This document shows, in pieces, positions 61,031-64,000 of a stretch of 64,000 bases of DNA. The notes beneath the pieces were generated by a model, which was not told the DNA's origin, did no database searches, and was given only the letters and a program-made list of their open reading frames with translations. The translations under genes were made by a program, and so were the position numbers. The stretch covers positions 64,001-128,000 of the forward strand of contig CAWBMV010000006.1 of the NCBI GenBank assembly GCA_963789955.1, given 5' to 3'. This stretch comes from an uncultured Candidatus Rokubacteria bacterium (GTDB taxonomy: Bacteria > Methylomirabilota > Methylomirabilia > Rokubacteriales > CSP1-6). Numbering within the stretch: position 1 is the stretch's first letter; each line of letters begins with the position of its first letter.

Positions 61031-62246
61031 CACACCGCGTCGGCGAAGGCGGTCTGGGCGGCCGCGACGCCGGCGCCGGGCTCGCACTTGTGCCCCAGGT
61101 CGCGCAGGGTCAGCTCCAGCGCCGACAGGGTCGGCAGCACGTAGTGCGGGCTCGCGGTCATGGCCATGGTGCCGATCCGCAACGTGGTCGTCCGCATCTT
61201 GTCCAGACCCGTGCCGATGAGGATCCCGTACTGGTCGCGCATCCGGGCCACGACCGCGGCGGGCTCCACGTTCTTCGGCGTCTTCACGCACGACACCGTG
61301 TTGGAGAAGATGGACGCGTCCGGGAACATCTCGAGGCCCATCGCGTGGACGCCGCGCCGGACCGCGGCGCCGGCGACGGCGTGCCGCTGGAAGCGGTGCG
61401 GCGAGCCCTTCCTCCAGGATCAAGCGCGTCGCGACGCGCATCGCGCTGGTGAGATGCGTCGGGATCGAAACCGGCTGGCGCCGCGGCGATCCGTCGGGGA
61501 CCTTGCCCCCGCGCGAGACGGGCACCCACTGGTCCTTCCAGCGAAGCAGGTCGTAGACCAGGCTCGACGCGGCGCGCTTGCGGCGCTCCATGGTCGCGAA
61601 CGCCCGTGGGCTCACCGAGACGACCGCCATCCCGAGCGGCGCCGCCAGACATTTCTGCGAGCCGGTCATGTTGAGGTCGACGCCCCACTCGTCGGTCCGG
61701 ACGTCGATGCCGGCGATCGAGGACACCGTGTCGAGCAGGTAGAGCGCATCGACGGACCGCGCGATCCGGCCCACCTCGGCCGCCGGGTAGGTCGTGCCGG
61801 TCGAGGTTTCGTTGTGGACCAGGGTGATCGCCTTGGGACGGAGCCGCTCGGCCTCGCGGGCCAGACGGTCCAGATCGAGGCGCGCGCCCAGCTCGACCGG
61901 GAACTCGGTCCAGTCGGCGCCGACTCGATTCATGATCTCGCGCATGAGGACGCCGAACTGGCCCGCGCCGATGACGAGCACACGGTCGCCCGGCTCGATC
62001 ACCGACAGGGCGCCCGCCTCGAGCGCGGTGCGGCCGGAGCCGGGAAGGAGGAAGACCTCGCTCTGGGTCTGGAACACCTGGCGCAGCGCCAGGGTCGTCG
62101 GCTCGAGGACCTCTTCGTCGAAGCTCCGGTCGTACTGGATCGCCGACAGGCTGATTCATGGCCTGGATCACCGGGAACGGCAGCTCCGTCGGACCGGGGA
62201 TCATGAGAACCGGACGCGTGTGGCACTGGGCCCAATTGATCGTCAC
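61030..62246 (-). CDS. Class V PLP aminotransferase (alanine-glyoxylate / serine-pyruvate type; frameshifts near 62150 and 61400)
   Basis: MIPGPT, VHNETSTG, DTVSS, GSQKCL (PLP Lys), LRIGTM. Confidence 0.92.
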
Positions 62247-62309
62247 TCCGTTGCTCCTTTGTAGCGGGGACCGTGAGATCGGCTCTCATCGAGGGTGGCC
62301 TAACAAAGA

Positions 62310-62531
62310 CGCGAGCCGGCTCCGTACGCCCGACCTAGACGCTGTTCGTGAAGTCGGCTCTGCTTTCTGGTTTTCGGCCCGCGCCCGACCGGTTCGCTTG
62401 CCGCGAGTCGGCTCCGCACGCCCGATCTAGACGCTATTCGTGAGTCGGCTCTGCTTTCTGGTTTTCGGCCCGCGCCCGACCGGTTCGCTTGCCGCGAGCC
62501 GGTTCCGCATGCCCGATCTCGGCGCTATTCG
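62310..62531. repeat. Intergenic tandem repeat, about 91-bp unit, about 2.4 copies
   Basis: Units start at 62310, 62402 and 62493 (CGCGAGYCGGYTCCGYAYGCCCGAYCT..GCTRTTCG). The core GTCGGCTCTGCTTTCTGGTTTTCGGCCCGCGCCCGACCGGTTCGCTTGC is identical in units 1 and 2. Confidence 0.9.
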
Positions 62532-62582
62532 CTGCGCGGTGCCGCCTCGATCTGCCCTTGTCGCGCGCATTTTAGCATGTGG

Positions 62583-62859
62583 TCAGGAGGTGGCGTGCTC
62601 GGGGTCGCGGAGGACGAAGTAGAGATTGCGCGCGTAGACGAAGAGACCCGCGCCTTGACCCAGGATGAAGACGGGATCGCGGCGCCAGAGCGCGTAGAAC
62701 AGAGAGGGTCAATCCGCCGCCGATCGAGAAATACCAGAAGGCGCGGGGCACCACGCTCTTGCCGAGACGCTCGGACGCGATCCACTGGATGAGGAAGCGC
62801 GCGGAGAAGAACGCCTGTCCGAGAAATCCGACGGCGAGCCAGATCTGATCCGTGGTCAT
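62583..62859 (-). CDS. Lipid-A-disaccharide synthase N-terminal (LAB_N) domain protein (frameshift near 62702)
   Basis: GFLGQAFFSARFLIQWIASER..SVVP..FW, then YALWRRDPVFILGQ..YARNL. Confidence 0.9.
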
Positions 62860-62934
62860 GTCACACCTTCATCGTGGCGCTCGATCGTCGGACGATCGCG
62901 CCCGGGTGCGGGCAGGAGTGGCGACTGACGGAGC

Positions 62935-63288
62935 TTACGAGGCGCGGCTGAACATCGCGCGCAGGACGTTGTAGGCCTTGCGGACGTCCTCCGGACGCCG
63001 CCGCCCCGAGACGAGCGCGAAGATCTTCTCGGCTTCTTCGGTCGGCACGGTGCTGTGCTTGTCGCCGACGTCGGTGAGATCGCGCAGGGGAACCTCGAGC
63101 GCGACCGACACGCGATAGAGACTGTCGATCGAGATCGATTTCTCGCCGCGCTCGACCTCGCCGATGAACTTGCCGCTGAGTCCGGATCCCTTGCCAAGCC
63201 GTTCCTGGCTGAGTGCGCGCTGTTTGCGCAGGGCGCGGAGGCGCTGGCCGAGGAATTTTCTGACGTGTTTGACGGCGCGCTCTGTCAC
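62935..63288 (-). CDS. XRE-family helix-turn-helix regulator
   Basis: LRALRKQRALSQERLG..FIGEVERGEKSIS. Confidence 0.9.
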   Translation of the reverse strand: MTERAVKHVRKFLGQRLRALRKQRALSQERLGKGSGLSGKFIGEVERGEKSISIDSLYRVSVALEVPLRDLTDVGDKHSTVPTEEAEKIFALVSGRRRPEDVRKAYNVLRAMFSRAS

Positions 63289-63315
63289 GGGACGGTGATC
63301 CTCCTGATGGCTGTT

Positions 63316-63344
63316 ACGTTAAACACCTTTCCGTGGTTTGGCAA
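63316..63344 (-). promoter_or_regulatory. Putative sigma70 promoter of the XRE gene
   Basis: TTGCCA-N17-TAACGT, followed by an AGGAGG SD. Confidence 0.6.
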
Positions 63345-63442
63345 CCGTTCACGCGCCCTCAGGGTGTTCCCCGATACGCGCTCGGCGGAGCTCGGCGCAA
63401 GCCAAAATCGAAAGAATCAGAAGTGAGAACGCGAGAGACGAG

Positions 63443-63751
63443 TCAGGGCAGGTCGATCTCGACCGCGGAGCCGCTCACGCGAACGGAATAGACCGGGACG
63501 GAGAGGCCGGGGGCCACGCGACAGGCGCCGGTGGCGAGCGCGAAATCGTAGCCGTGCCATGGACAGATGACCGCGTCGCCTTCGAGCCACCCTTCGGCGA
63601 GCGGGCCATCTTCGTGCGGGCAGGTCGGGCCGGTGGCATAGAAGCGTCCACCGCCGGCGTTGAACACGGCGATCGTCAGGCCGCCGCGCTCGATCAATGC
63701 TCCCTGGCCGACGGCGATCTCGTCGACCTCCGCGATCTTCACGTAGGGCAT
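63443..63751 (-). CDS. Rieske [2Fe-2S] ferredoxin
   Basis: CPHEDGPL and CPWHGYDF. Confidence 0.93.
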   Translation of the reverse strand: MPYVKIAEVDEIAVGQGALIERGGLTIAVFNAGGGRFYATGPTCPHEDGPLAEGWLEGDAVICPWHGYDFALATGACRVAPGLSVPVYSVRVSGSAVEIDLP

Positions 63752-64000
63752 CAGCGTCGCTCCTGGAGCGCCTTGTCGATGGCCGCGCGAAACTCCTCGA
63801 TGCTGGTGCGCGCCGATCACGGGGCGGCCGTTGATGAGAAACGTGGGAGTGCTGTTGATGCCGAGCGCCTGGGCCTGCTCGATGTCACGCTCGACGTCCG
63901 CCGCGAACCGGCGCTCGTCCAGACAGCGCGCGAACGCGTCGGGATCGAGGCCGAGCTCGCTCGCGTAGGCGAGCAGATCACCGCGCCGGAACTTGGGCTG
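63751..64000 (-). CDS. C-terminus of a DsbA family protein (partial; frameshift near 63805)
   Basis: YASELGLDPDAFARCLD..DIEQAQALGINSTPTFLING, then SIEEFRAAIDKALQERR*. Confidence 0.85.

Noticed and set aside
62272..62531. CRISPR array
   Set aside because: The intervening segments are identical, there are fewer than three full units, and no cas genes are in the window.
62935..63288. XRE gene as a prophage or toxin-antitoxin marker
   Set aside because: No integrase, phage gene or toxin is adjacent, and the neighbours are housekeeping-like.
1..64000. About 30 frameshifts as mass pseudogenisation or programmed frameshifting
   Set aside because: They are scattered over unrelated genes, both halves stay well conserved, there are almost no in-frame stops and I saw no shared slippery motif. 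Sequencing indels explain them best.

Overview
High-GC, gene-dense bacterial chromosomal window. Its gene style suggests Candidatus Rokubacteria / Methylomirabilota, which is an inference. Roughly 30 apparent small indels split otherwise intact genes, so this is most likely an uncorrected long-read or MAG sequence, and I joined the split ORFs by eye. Positions 1-10.5 kb hold a metal-acquisition island: copD-cytochrome c fusions, two copC genes, a CusF-like gene, two outer-membrane porin-like genes and a ZnuABC/MntABC-type ABC importer. The most striking feature is that each porin operon is headed by an apparently leaderless, exported, His-containing upstream ORF ending in R-A-P-P, a ribosome-arrest motif. 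In both cases the RAPP codons are complementary to the Shine-Dalgarno of the porin gene that follows. This suggests two nascent-peptide metal sensors (CruR/CutF/DUF2946-like, but lacking CxxC), one of them apparently wired to a non-copper ABC importer. The rest is housekeeping and catabolic: PMM/PGM, hisN-like, GT9, a nitrilase homolog with no catalytic Cys, LLM, an MtaA-like methyltransferase, TrpB2, a hydantoinase/DUF917/AroM/peptide-ABC cluster, a HelY helicase, GGT, ROK, a FAD/Fe-S oxidoreductase, UbiD, IclR, a Liv-type ABC and a class V aminotransferase with a SerA-like dehydrogenase. There is also a truncated CyaC-type membrane domain, a lone PD-(D/E)xK protein and a non-coding 91-bp tandem repeat. 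I saw no rRNA, tRNA, CRISPR array or transposase.
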